Assembly: GCA_020137815.1 (NCBI GenBank)
Contig: CM035361.1
Coordinates: 5,642,001 to 5,706,000, forward strand
DNA: 64,000 nt
Direction: 5' to 3'
Source of the DNA: Hormiphora californensis
Lineage: Eukaryota; Animalia; Ctenophora
Below, piece after piece: positions 37,151 through 49,180 of the stretch. The first letter of the stretch is position 1; the number at the start of each line of letters is the position of its first letter. The notes below the pieces were generated by a model, which was not told the origin of the DNA, ran no database searches, and saw only the letters and a list, made by a program, of their open reading frames with translations. Both the position numbers and the translations under genes were made by a program.

Positions 37151-40100
37151 TTACAAAGAAATTACAAAAAGCAGGGGTAATAAAAACAATAAGTTATGGA
37201 GGTGATAAAGGCGACCAGCGCCCGATAGTGTCCTTGTCTTCTGGTGCAGGGACGGTCCAATACCTGCAGGAAAATAGTTTTATGAAGCAGCAAATTTCAC
37301 GCGTCGTTCTGGACGAGATCGATATATCAAGTCCCCACGACTGTTTTTCCTTTGGTAACAAAGTTACCCCCCTCCCTTGTCAGCGCGGTGGGGTAATTTC
37401 GTAACCAAGATGCTGCAATTACCTTGTGTGTTGTGTGGTGTAATGGTGATTCTAAACTGTGTATCAGGGGCAATGTTTGCTATGACAATAAAGTTGTCAG
37501 TGATATTTGTTCTAACAAATTCCTCTTTTCCCTGCTCATCCGTACACCGTACCTGCAAAAACAATTTGTGATTCTTCAACACGGATCAGATCTTTTTGGG
37601 TGACAGATCTTAGATCTTAGAAGCTAAAATCAAATGCATTTCTTGTTCGGGTGAACGCGGGGTGAACCCCACATGCATTTCATACGGAAAAGGGCGTATT
37701 TTTGTTCAGAATGGACGACCTTTACTAGGGTGCATGACTATATGTGTCAACTTACGTTATACCAAATGTATTTGAATTGTCAACTTACGTTATACCAAAT
37801 GTATTTGAATTGTCAACTTACGTTATACCAAATGTATTTGAATTGTCAACTTACGTTATACCAAATGTATTTGAATTGTCAACTTACGTTATACCAAATG
37901 TATTTGAATTGTCAACTTACGTTATACCAAATGTATTTGAATTGTCAACTTACGTTATACCAAATGTATTTGAATTGTCAACTTACGTTATACCAAATGT
38001 ATTTGAATTGTCAACTTACGTTATACCAAATGTATTTGAATTGTCAACTTACGTTATACCAAATGTATTTGAATTGTCAACTTACGTTATACCAAATGTA
38101 TTTGAATTGTCAACTTACGTTACACCAAATGTATTTGAATTGTCAACTTACGTTATACCAAATGTATTTGAATTGTCAACTTACGTTATACCAAATGTAT
38201 TTGAATTGTCAACTTACGTTATACCAAATGTATTTGAATTGTCCATAGGGAGCGCTCCATCCAAATCTAATATTCCTGACCCCAGCTATGACATATCTAG
38301 CACGGGGCAGATGACTGGGACGATCCTCTAGTGTGGTGGCAGACACTGAGGTCTTTGGACCACATCCTACCTCATTACACCCTTGGACCTGAAATATATA
38401 ATGGATCATACTTGATATGAATTACAGATCACGGACCTCGATTAACCGGGATTCGCGGGGAAAGTACTGTATGAACTCGTTTTTTGTCTAGGCTATTTTT
38501 TCTCTATCCCTCCGCTAAAGTGTGGATCATACTTGATATGAAAATTCGCGGGGAAGGGGTTTTGACCAGTAAATCGGGGCCGCCCGGTACATCGGGGTCC
38601 GACTGTATGAGCTCATTTTTTGTTTAGGCTATTTTTTCTTTATCCCTCCGCGGGGTATTATATATGTCTGCTACTACACTCCCAGTAGAACATAAAATGT
38701 GCATTACACAGGGGTTCACACCTATAAAGTGGTTACTGCTCTTGTAGTGTAAAAACATGCACTAATCAAATATAACGGCACTGGAAAACTTAGTAGGCGT
38801 TTCCGGCTGTAAATCAGCTCGACAACATGTCGACAAGTTGCCTTTTTGTAAAGCTGCAAGGTATATCGAGAGACCCAACAAAGTGGAATTAATAAACGCG
38901 GACTCGCTGATAAATTTTCGTAATTTCGTATCCGCGTTTATTAATTCCTCCTAAGGTACTTGACATATCGACAGAATAGTTGACTTACCGCTGCCAGAGC
39001 TTTGGCCTTCACTCATTCTCATTTCTTTCAAATAAGCACAAGAACTATGTTAGAGCATTAGTCTGACAGACTCACCGAGAGAAGGTACTTGGTATAAGGT
39101 TGGAGGCGGGTTAGGGTAGAAAACAGGGCTGATTCGTACACTCTCTCCTCTTTAAAATCAAATGTGTAGGTCAGCTTGTAGTAGGTTATCTTTCCATTCT
39201 GTTTACTGCACGTGTGGAATAAGGGGTTAACAGTACGATTAGATATTTACTTTCGTTAATAAATGTAACGTTCTTTCTCTTTTCATTATCTCACTTTTCG
39301 ACCCTTAGGGATTTTCTTCAAATCAAACCTACCTTTTCTCAAGCTGATTCCAGGTGCACACTATTGCCGTGCTGTTTAGTTGGTGTTCACATTGGAAGAC
39401 AGTGGGCACTGCAGAGGGAAGTTCTTCTAGTGTAGTGAAACTGATCCGCTGACCAACAACATCCCCTTGAGAGAATACTGAAGAAAGTTGGGGTCAAACC
39501 GCGGGGACGCGTAAGGGTCATGATGATTGTTACTAACATTTGTTAGTCGTCAAAAACTAGACTCTTAGATGTCAAACGAACGTTCGTTTAACTAAAAGTT
39601 TTTTTTTCACAAATTATAGAACCATCATGTGCCTAAAGACTCTCAGCTCCGTAGTTTACTTTCTTCTAAGTAACTGCACCTGTTGCATAATAGAGGGTCC
39701 CGGGGCTGAGTTTCTGAATCGTTAAACTGGTTTTAAACTCACTGAACTTTAACGCGTCTTCTTTCCATAATCTGCAAGGGAGGTTTTAATTTGGTACTGG
39801 ATTTAGTTATCTTGGCACAAGGTTCGATCTTTCAAGTTTTTGTCGAAATTCGACAAGGTTTTTCATGCATGACATGATAAGTTTCGTTTGGAAAGTTTTG
39901 AAATTGATTTTAGTTTACCTATTTACCAGTCGAATCTCATAAATTAGTGCGTTATCATCTGTGTTGGGTTTCTGCCAATTTAATCTTACTGACCTGCGGG
40001 AATATGAGTCAAACAAGTTTGAAAAATAGAAGCATTTAATTAATTAATCATAATCTCCAAACTCAAAGTGAGAAAAAATGGGTCTACAGGGCAAAAAGTT

Positions 40101-43100
40101 AGAACTCGAATTAGAATTCTTCAAAATTCTCTCAATATATCTTACGTTGAGCTGAGGACAGTATGATTGAGAGGTAAGCAGGTTGATAGAGGTTCTATCA
40201 CTTCTACCTTAACGGGTTCACTAACCATACTACCATCAGCACTCCGGGCTTTTATCTAGACGGGGGGATGCTTTTATCTAGTGGGGGGTTAACAAGATAG
40301 ACAACGATATAATCATACTATTATTAAAGCAAATAGGGAAATGATGGGTGATGGTTTTTTTACCAAATATGGCACAAAATTCCTGGAAATGGCCTTTTGC
40401 ACGTGTTGTCCCTAGAGGGACCCTGGCAACCTGCCAGCTTGAGCCTTAAACTGCACGTGCATCCTTGATTCATCTCTCTGCCGGTTGTGTGATTGATCGC
40501 TTGCTCGATTTGATCTGTTCACCCCCTGTTCACCACGTTTCGTGAACATGACTACTCAACTTCAACACAATCGCCAGACGCGCTGACGCCTATAGACTAC
40601 GTGATAGAATCCTACAAAAGAGGTGATTATTATTCAAAAAATGTTGTCAACACACGTAATAACAAAGTATCAATGGCACTAATAAGAAATGGCAGTAATA
40701 CGTGAAAGTATTTTTGCAAAACGTGCTCCTTCATAAAATACTTCAGGGCCTGGCAAAAGAGGACCCGTGGTTTTTCTGTCGAAAGAATCGCTGTGGTTAA
40801 TTTACCTGATAAATTTACTGATTTAAAAAATTTCAAATGACACTACACTATTTGCATAGTTTACTGTATGACCATTGACCATCCCCGACATTCGCCCGTA
40901 GGGCGAGCGGGCTTACTAGTGGTACTAAATCAAATAAATTGACAGTGGGGGGTTGCTTTTATCTAGAGGGGGGATGCTGTATACAGTCGGACCCCGATTT
41001 AGGGGCCCCCGATTTAGTGGCACCCCGATTTAGGGACAGGATTTTTTTCCCCCGATATAGGAAATTAACCTTATTTGACCCCGATTTAGTGGACACCCCG
41101 ATTTAGTGGACAAGAGCCTTTCCCCCGAGGGTGTCCCTAAATCGGGGTCCGATAATATGTTTCTAGAACAATAGGGGAATATCAGGGGAATATACTAATA
41201 TCTGAAGGGGAAGTTGCTTTTATCTAAAGAGGGCGAGATGCTTTTTTCTAGTCCGGTCCAATGCACACATACCTGATAGTATCCCGTATCAGTTGCAGTA
41301 GCACAGACTATCTTGATAACGCCAATGTTGGTATTTGGGTCCCAGCTGCATTCTGTGTGCCAGCCCTTGCTTTTTGTTATCGGAACAGCGTTTATGAAAC
41401 ATTTCACCTGATAAAGTGGGTTGGTGAGGTGTTTATTAGGAGTGGCAGCTGCCATAAGAATACAATTGCGCCATAACGGTTACCACATAGAGGGGAAGTG
41501 GTACCTTTCGCCCTTCCCCCATGCTTTTGCATTTTGAGTGATGCAAATCTTCTCGACCACAAACTGTCAGTACGATCAGTCATCAGGGGCAATATTATTA
41601 CACACCTCTAAAAGTTGAAGAGGAGTAGGAAGACCGTTTTCGTGTCCCTTTACTACTTGAAATGCAACGGAAAACGTTGAGCCTCCTCTAACGATCTGAT
41701 AAGAGACAGTGAACAGTTTAGTTGTTTGTTTGCGTCTTTGTTTCTTTGCTAAAGCCATTTGTTTGACCCCGCGGGTGCAGTTTACAAGTACAAAAAGACT
41801 GAAGACACTCACGTCAGCCGTTGGTACTCCTTTGTTTATATGAGGTGGTTCCACTAGCGCCAGAATGTAGCTTGCCTTAGCTGATATCAAGCCTAAACTG
41901 AAACAGGGATGGTTAATCAGTTAATTAAGTAATTAACTTATTAATTAATTAATGAGAGCACATGGGTACCTGTCAATAGTTTCACAATAAATGATGCTCT
42001 CTAATTGGACGTCTGTGTACGAATAGTTGAACACCTCCCCATAACAAATGTTTTCACTGTATCTTTTAAATCTGCAAAGAGTTGCTGATAATAGACCCTG
42101 GATGGAAAATCCAGGCTTGGAATGATAATTGTATTTAATTGATTAATTAACTAATTAATTGAGCTATTAATTAACTAATTGATTGATATTGTTACCTGGG
42201 ACTTGAGTTCCCATAGATAATTCTGGAACCTTGAAGCCCAGCTTTGGCATTGTAATCAGCGTAAACTTCTATATTCAGATCTCTACAAGAAAGGGAAGGG
42301 TATATGTTTTTAGTATCGCGTATATATCGAATCCTGTTTTTAGTTGGGAGATTGCTAGAACCCAAGAGTCATTGCAATCCATCTGCAGAATGGCCGGTAC
42401 CACTATTTTGATTCTGTTTTTCGTACTTGGGAGAGCGGTGCTCCCTCTTCAATTATGATTTATGAATATGACAATATGACATACAGTTGTACTTACTGAT
42501 TAGGTTTTATATACATGTATAGCGCTGATTCAAGTTCACATGATTCTCCATTCTTCAACCAGCACCTGATTGATGTTTGTGAATGATTTGTAAAGTATAC
42601 CAGAGGAATGGTTATAATTATGGGTGGGTATGCAAATATGGTTCAAACCGATTGGAAAATGTTTATTTAATTCTTGGTCCATTAATTGAACTTTATTGTA
42701 ATCTTGTAGCTTGTAACTTACCTTACTCCATGTTTATGGTTTAGGAAATAATACTTTACATCCGTTTCTGTGAAATCATCTGGGTCAGGCTCGATTTCAT
42801 CTTCAATTTTTAGCTCAATCTCGTTACCTGACGGAGAGATAGTTACTTTAACTAGGAGAGAGAAGGAGAGATTATTGCTTTAACTAGGAGAGATACGGAG
42901 AGATTGCTGCTTTAACTAGGAGAGAGACGGAGAGATTACTTACTCTGGACACTGCTACCACCACATTCCTCTGTGTCGGCACACCTCATCCCGCAGGCGT
43001 TAGTTGCGTGACATGAGTACATCCCCACGTCCCTGAAAGATGAATCTTGTGTGCAAGAGTCAATCAGAGGCCTGTATTATGAAATAAAGGCCTCTGATTA

Positions 43101-43200
43101 GTTCGCGTTAGCTGTGCTCAAGTCAGGCCACAAACTCACGGGTCGGAGAAGTTTGTGATAAAAAGATGGCCCAACTTGGTGATGGTGTATTTTCCCCCGT
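37151..43200 (-). CDS. GPI-anchored Ig + fibronectin type III cell-surface protein, copy A (5' exons garbled at ~43200-44200)
   Basis: In-phase exons encode Ig motifs (DVGMYSCHATN, ATATDTGYYQ) and three FN3 units (SVRLNWQKP..IQKLSPGTLY; VCTWNQL..NGKITYYKL..LQPYTKYLLSVQGCNEVGCGP; IRFGWSAP..IAPDTQFRITITPHNTQGIGP). The C-terminus is TLSGAGRLYHLHNLLFLLPLLFVISL*, with the stop at 37151-37153. Confidence 0.85.
37745..38243 (-). repeat. 30-bp tandem repeat (~16.5 copies), each containing the exon end and 5' splice donor
   Basis: Minus-strand unit is caattcaaatacatttggtataac|gtaagttga. The first unit is the real exon end (...QFKYIWYN). Confidence 0.92.
40984..41152. mobile_element. CAGTCGGACCCC MITE
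   Basis: Inverted near-identical copy of 33499-33670; right TIR slightly eroded. Confidence 0.88.
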
Positions 43201-46200
43201 AAAAAATCAAACCGTTCAAGGGGTTTTTTTTCCCTGCTCATGGGGTTAAAATCGGGGGGGGGGTAACTCCAGGGTTTGTGAAAAAAACTGTTTTTCGTTG
43301 TAGGTAAAAAAACACCAAAAAAATGACAAATCAAAGTTTAAAAATTTGATAAACAAGGTCGAACCCAAAATAGGGCGGACCCCCCAGGGGTCTTTTAACC
43401 CCCCCCGAAGGGGTTTTTAAAAAGCCCAAATAGAAACCCGAAAAAAAGGTAAAGGGAAAATTTTAAAACACATTTTTTCCCCCATGTTCACAAAAACTTT
43501 TTTGGGCTGAAAAAAAAGGTCACCCTTCCCCCCACCATTTTTAATTTTGCCCCCATAGGGCCCCCCCCCCCCCCCAAAAATTTTTTTTTATTTTAGGCCT
43601 TTTTTTATTTTTTTTATTTTCCGGAGATTTGGGTAATTTAGAACCCCAAAAAAAACCCCTTTTTTTATGCAAAAGACCCCAAACCGGGTGGGATTTGAAC
43701 CCTTTTTTTTGTTTAAAAATACCAAGTTTTCCCCGGGGGGGAGTGGGTTGGGAATAAAGGGGAAAATTGGGGGGGTTTGGGGGGGGGGATGGGGGGGGCA
43801 TAAAAGGGGGCCTGGGGGGCTATTGACCATTTTTTTGTAAAAAAATCTGCGGGGGGTTTAAAACCGAAGTTAAAAAAATTTACTTTAATAACCCCAAAGG
43901 GGCCCCGTATATGGGGGGTTTTTTTAAAAATGAAAAAAAGGTAAATGAACAAAATCAAGGGGGGTTTTTATTTTAAATTTGTTTTTTGGGGTTTTTAATT
44001 AGTAAAAGTTTTTTAAACTGGGGTTATTTTAAGATAATTAATCGGTTTTCCCTAAAACCCAATTTAAGGTCGGAATTTGAGGGGAATAAGAAATTTTGTT
44101 GGGCCCGGGATTTGAGAAAATCTCTGTTTTCCCCCCCCCTTTTTGGAATTATTTAGAAATTAAAATTCTTAAACAATATCACTAATCCCGGGGGATAACT
44201 AAAGATGGGTTGGATGGAAAATTGATGGGACGGAGCCCGAGAATTGGCTAAATTTTGTCTAATATAATGCCCAGGTGGGTAAAGGCCCCCTTCAGGTTTT
44301 TAATTTTTCAAACTTTTTAGGGGCCAAAAAATCCAAATATTTTTCAACATTGGGATTTTTTTTTTCAATTTGGGAGGCCCCCAAATTTGGGGGAATTGGT
44401 AGAAAAATTTGGGGAGTTTATTCATTTTTTTTTCCCACCATTTCAGGTTTTTGGGGTTTGGGTTTAAAAAACCTTCCCTTTTTTTTGTTTCCTTTAAAAA
44501 CACCCACCAGAATGTAGCTGGGCCTTTTTTTATGACCCAAAAGCCGGAAAAAATCTACATAGAAAACAAACTAACGTTATGGGTTTAAAAACCCTTTTTA
44601 ACCCCCCCCCAAAACACTAATTTATGAAAATTTTCCCCCCACCCCCCCCCCCCCCCCCCTCCCCCCTTTTTAAAATGAAACAAAGGTTTTTTTTCTTATG
44701 TTTTTCAAAAAATTAAAAAAAACGGGGGAAAACTGAGGAAGGTTGGGAAAAAAAAACCCCGGCCCCTTTTTGCTTTTTTGCTCCCCCGGGGGAAAATTTT
44801 TTTAAACACTTTCCGGTCTTTTTGGACGAAGTATGTCCCCCCCCCAAATTTTTCCCCAAGAAGTTCCCCCCCCCCCTTTACGGTGTTACCCCCTTGGAAC
44901 AACCCCGGAACCTATTAGGTGCTTTGATAAAATACCAAATAGAATAAGAAAAATAATCAAGTCCCCACACGTTTTTTTGGGTATTTTTTAACAAATCGTA
45001 ATTTTTTGGGGTTTTTTGGGGGTATGGTATTCAAATTTACGGGGGGGTTTTTTTGACAAAAATTGTCCCGTGTTTTTTTAACCCCTTTTTTGATCCTCAC
45101 CGAAAAAAAACCAAAAAAAAAAGGGCTTCAAAATCCAGAAAAAAACTTTTGGGGAAAATCTTTAAAAAAATAAAAATTTTTTTTTGGGGGGGGCCGATTT
45201 CTACGGAAGATTTTTTTGACTTAAATTAGAATATCCGGGGATGGGTTTAACCTTACGATAAAAAATTAGAATTGTCACACGTTAAAAAATTATTTAAAAG
45301 TCCCCTTTAAAATTATTTAATTTCCTTAGTTTAAAAGTTTTTAATTTCAATTGTATACATTTAATTTCAAAAACGATCAAAAAATTTAAATTTTCCTTTG
45401 TATACCAAAATTAAATTTAATTGCCTGTTTAAAATTTATTTAACCCTTTTTTAAAAGTTTTTAAGAATTTTTTTATCCAAAAATTTTTTGAAAATTTAAA
45501 AAGTTTAAAATTTTTGAATTGTCAACTTCGTTTAAAACCAAAATTTTTATTGCAAATTCAAAAAAATGTTTTTTTTTCAATTTTCTTAACCCAAAAATTT
45601 TTTGTTTATACTTTTCCAAATGGATTTTTAATTTTCAATTTTTGTTTAAAAAAATTTAAGCAAAATTCGAAAACCCATTAAATTTAATTTTCCTTTTTAA
45701 AACCAATTTTAATTTCATTATTATAAAAATGTATTTATTGTAATTAAATTTACCAAATGATTTTAATTTTAACTTACTTAAACCAAAGATTTGAATTGAA
45801 CACTTTCCTTATTTTAAAAAATTTAATTTCAATTTCCCCAAAAAAATTAATTTTACTTTTCTTTTTTTTACCAAATTATTTAAAGTAAATTAGGGTTTCC
45901 CAAAAATTTGAAGTCAAATTACGTTTTTTATTTAATTTTATTAGTTTAAAATTTTGAATTTTTCCCTCTTATAAACCAAAGGGTTTTTTTTCAAAATTTT
46001 CTTTTTTCCAAATTTTAAAACCTTCTTTTCCAAAAATTTTAATTTGAAAGGAACCTCCCCCCGTCCAAGTTGGAATATATTTTAGTTTTTCGAACCGGCA
46101 AACTAAATATTTTCAAAAATTTTACTATTTTCTGACTAACCCAAATTATCTAATACCAAAATAAATTTAAACCCTTTTAAAAAAGAAAAAATATGGGAAA

Positions 46201-46255
46201 AAAGGAAAGGTAGTTGTCCAAAAAAAAATTTTTATTCGGAGAACTCGATTCAATT
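43190..46255. other. Homopolymer-inflated garbled segment; degraded echo of neighbouring Ig-FN3 gene sequence (probable low-quality consensus)
   Basis: Abrupt switch to runs of A/T/G/C. There are residual matches to ~47400-48600, to ~36900-37740, and to the 30-bp repeat (ttgaattgtcaactt, tataccaaa at 45270-46030). Confidence 0.75.
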
Positions 46256-46375
46256 GATCGGTAAATGTGTATCTTCGTTAGTGATAATTGTATTTAATTG
46301 ATTAACTAATTAATTGTGTTATTAATTAACTAATTGATTGATTGTTACCTTGGACTTGATATCGTGACTGTTACC

Positions 46376-48552
46376 TTGGACTTGAGTTCCCATAGATAAT
46401 TCTGGAACCTTGAAGCCCAGCTTTGGCATTGTAATCAACGTAAACTTCTATATTCAGGTCTCTACAAGAAAGAGAAGGGTATTATATTAGCACGATCTGA
46501 TTTGATTCGTGATTCAAATTCTGTTTTTCGTACTTGGGAGAGTGTTTCTCCCTAGGGTCATCAGAAGGGGAATTCACTTACTGTTTATAACATGCATGGT
46601 TTCACTTACTGTTTGGGTTTCATATACATGTATAAAGTTGAGAAATAGTTGCTGATTTGTTCACATGACTCTCCATTGAGCAGCCAACACCTGTTAGATA
46701 TTTGTGTATGAATTGTTAAAGCAATATACCAGAGGAAAAAGTATAGTTAACTATAGTTCTGCTGAATCTACATGGTTCAAACCGTGTTCTGGCCCATTAA
46801 TTGAACTTGTAACTTGTTAACTTACCTTACTCCATGTTTATGGTTAAGGAAATAATACTTCACATCCGTTTCAGTGAAATCATCTGGGTCAGGCTCAATT
46901 TCATCTTCAATCTTTAGCTCAATCTCGTTACCTGACGGAGAGATAGTTACTTTAACTAGGAGAGAGAAGAAGAGATTATTGCTTTAACTAGGAGAGAGAC
47001 GGAGAGATTGTTAATTTAACTAGGAGAGAGATGGAGAGATTGTTGCTTTAACTAGGAAAGAGACGGAGAGATTGTTACTTTAACTAGGAAAGAGACGGAG
47101 AGATTACTTACTCTGGACGCTGCTGCCACCACATTCCTCTGTGTCGGCACACCTCATCCCACAGGCGTTCGTTGCGTGACATGAGTACATCCCCACGTCC
47201 CTGAAAGATGAATCTTGTGTGCATGAGCGAATCAGAGGCCGGAATTATGAAATAAAGGCCTCTGATTGGCTCGATCGTGTTAGCTGTGAGTGACCTAAGA
47301 AAGTATGTATCATCTAAGGCTCTCGAGTCAGGCCACAAACTCACGGGTCGGAGAAGTTTGTGATAAAAAGATGGCCCAACTTGGTGATGGTGTACTTTCC
47401 CCCGTCAACTACATCACTGAAATAATATAAATTACAAGTGTGAATTAGTTTGCAAACTCTGCTACTTTGTTGCATGTATTTGAGACATTGGTGACATAGA
47501 CACCTGGCGCGACCACATTTGAGACATGACATTTGAGACATGCCCGGCAGGGGGAATGCAGATCAGGATTCTCCCATGGTTTAAATGAAACAAAAACACG
47601 TCACAAAAAGCTAGATCACACATGTATTTGACTCACACCACAATCCCGTCGATTCTTCTACTCCAAGTAATAGTTGGACGAGGTATTCCCGCCACGGGAC
47701 ATGCTATTACACCCGTCCTTCCTCTTTTGAAGGTTTTGGGCAGCGGCCTAAATAGGTAATCCTGGCGAGGGAGAGTAGTGAAATATTGAAAGGTGAACCT
47801 TCCACACCATCAGGAGGGTTGACAGTAGGATTAGCTTAGGGATATAGGATCTATCAACACAGTATGTGCGTTCTGATCTATAACTTTTTAATTCTCGTTT
47901 AATTCTGTACATTAGTTTAGCTAGGGGGACGGATAAATTTCACCGAGCATTCCGGTAAATCAGCTAATAGAGCTATAAAAACCAACCTCTTCTTCTTTGA
48001 TGCAAAGATGAGCCGCTGTAAGAGCCAGGCTATGAGGTATTATGAAGCCCATTTCCTTTTCTGTTACACTCACTACCATCATGTAACTTCCCTCGTGAAG
48101 GGACGTGGACTTCTGGACGAATAACCTGTGGGAATTATGGGCGGGGTGGGTGGGGATGGGGCGGGCGGCGGGCGGGCGGGATGGAGGCGGGTGGGGATGG
48201 GGGTGTTGCGCATGGTAGTTTGGTAAAAACCTACGTGTCGGTGTGGCTGACTATCTGACTGAAGTTAAACATGATTGACATGTTACAGGTACCCGTTAAA
48301 CAGTGGTCCACGTATAATGGGTAGTTTCTGAAGGCTGAAAATGGAATCAATTGTAAACTGGAGCTAATTACTATCGGGGGCTGATTTTTAAACGAAATTT
48401 AATAAAATTGGGTGCTAAGTTCGAAGATAGCTATTACAATTACCTGGATTATTTTCGAAGAAATTAAATTCGATGGGTTTCCCCGGATAGAATACGAACT
48501 GGTGAAGAATGACTGAGGGAATTAGGAGCGAGGAAAGTAATAACAGAATCAT
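46376..48552 (-). CDS. Ig-domain cell-surface protein, copy B: exons 1-9 (signal peptide plus Ig domain); downstream exons missing or garbled
   Basis: MILLLLSSLLIPSVIL signal peptide, then in-phase exons AFRNYPLYVDHC.., ..IACPVAGIPRPTITWSR.., ..LGHLFITNFSDPDVGMYSCHATNACG... Exons 5-9 are paralogous or allelic to 42196-43200. Confidence 0.8.
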
Positions 48553-49180
48553 ATTGTGGGCCGCTGTGTAAAGATGGAGTGTTTTATAGTACTGCACATT
48601 TAAAACAGTTTATCAATTATCAAACACTAAAAAGGTTCATCAAATACTTTGATACTAGCAAGAGTGATATAAACTAAATATAATCCAAATCATAACCTTC
48701 AGGCAAAGGAAACATTGAGCCAAGTTAGGTACAATTCAGCATGGACTATAATAATAAAGGATGTCGAGTGTCGTGCCACATGTAATATTTAGGAGAGATA
48801 AGAGAGACCTATATAAATTGCATTTGCTGCGAGCCTAAAGCCCCCTGAGTAAAATGTGCGAGCCTCTCATTGTTTTCATACTGTATCTCCAGAGAGGGCC
48901 GTAGTACTAGTCTTTTGTAATTCATTTCCCCTCTTCCACTAAATGTAGGCTACAACAATACTTGGAACTATTAGGACCTATGTCTAGAAGGGCACTACTT
49001 GTAACTTAGGACCTATTTTATCAAATCATGTCTAGAAGGGTACTCAAAAGTAGGACCTATTTGATTCAATCTTGTCTGGCTATATATGACCATCTGTGCT
49101 TATCGAGTGTGAGACCTGGATGTTATACTTCTTTACTTATTTCTTCAAGTAATATATTGCTTGTTTAAACTCTGGAGAAG

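Noticed and set aside
37673-38331. 191- and 195-aa repetitive plus-strand ORFs (CQLTLYQMYLN / STYVIPNVFEL)
   Set aside because: By-products of a stop-free tandem repeat lying antisense to an intron and exon of the Ig-FN3 gene.
43098-44902. Several K/F/P/G-rich ORFs
   Set aside because: They are translations of homopolymer-inflated, low-quality sequence.
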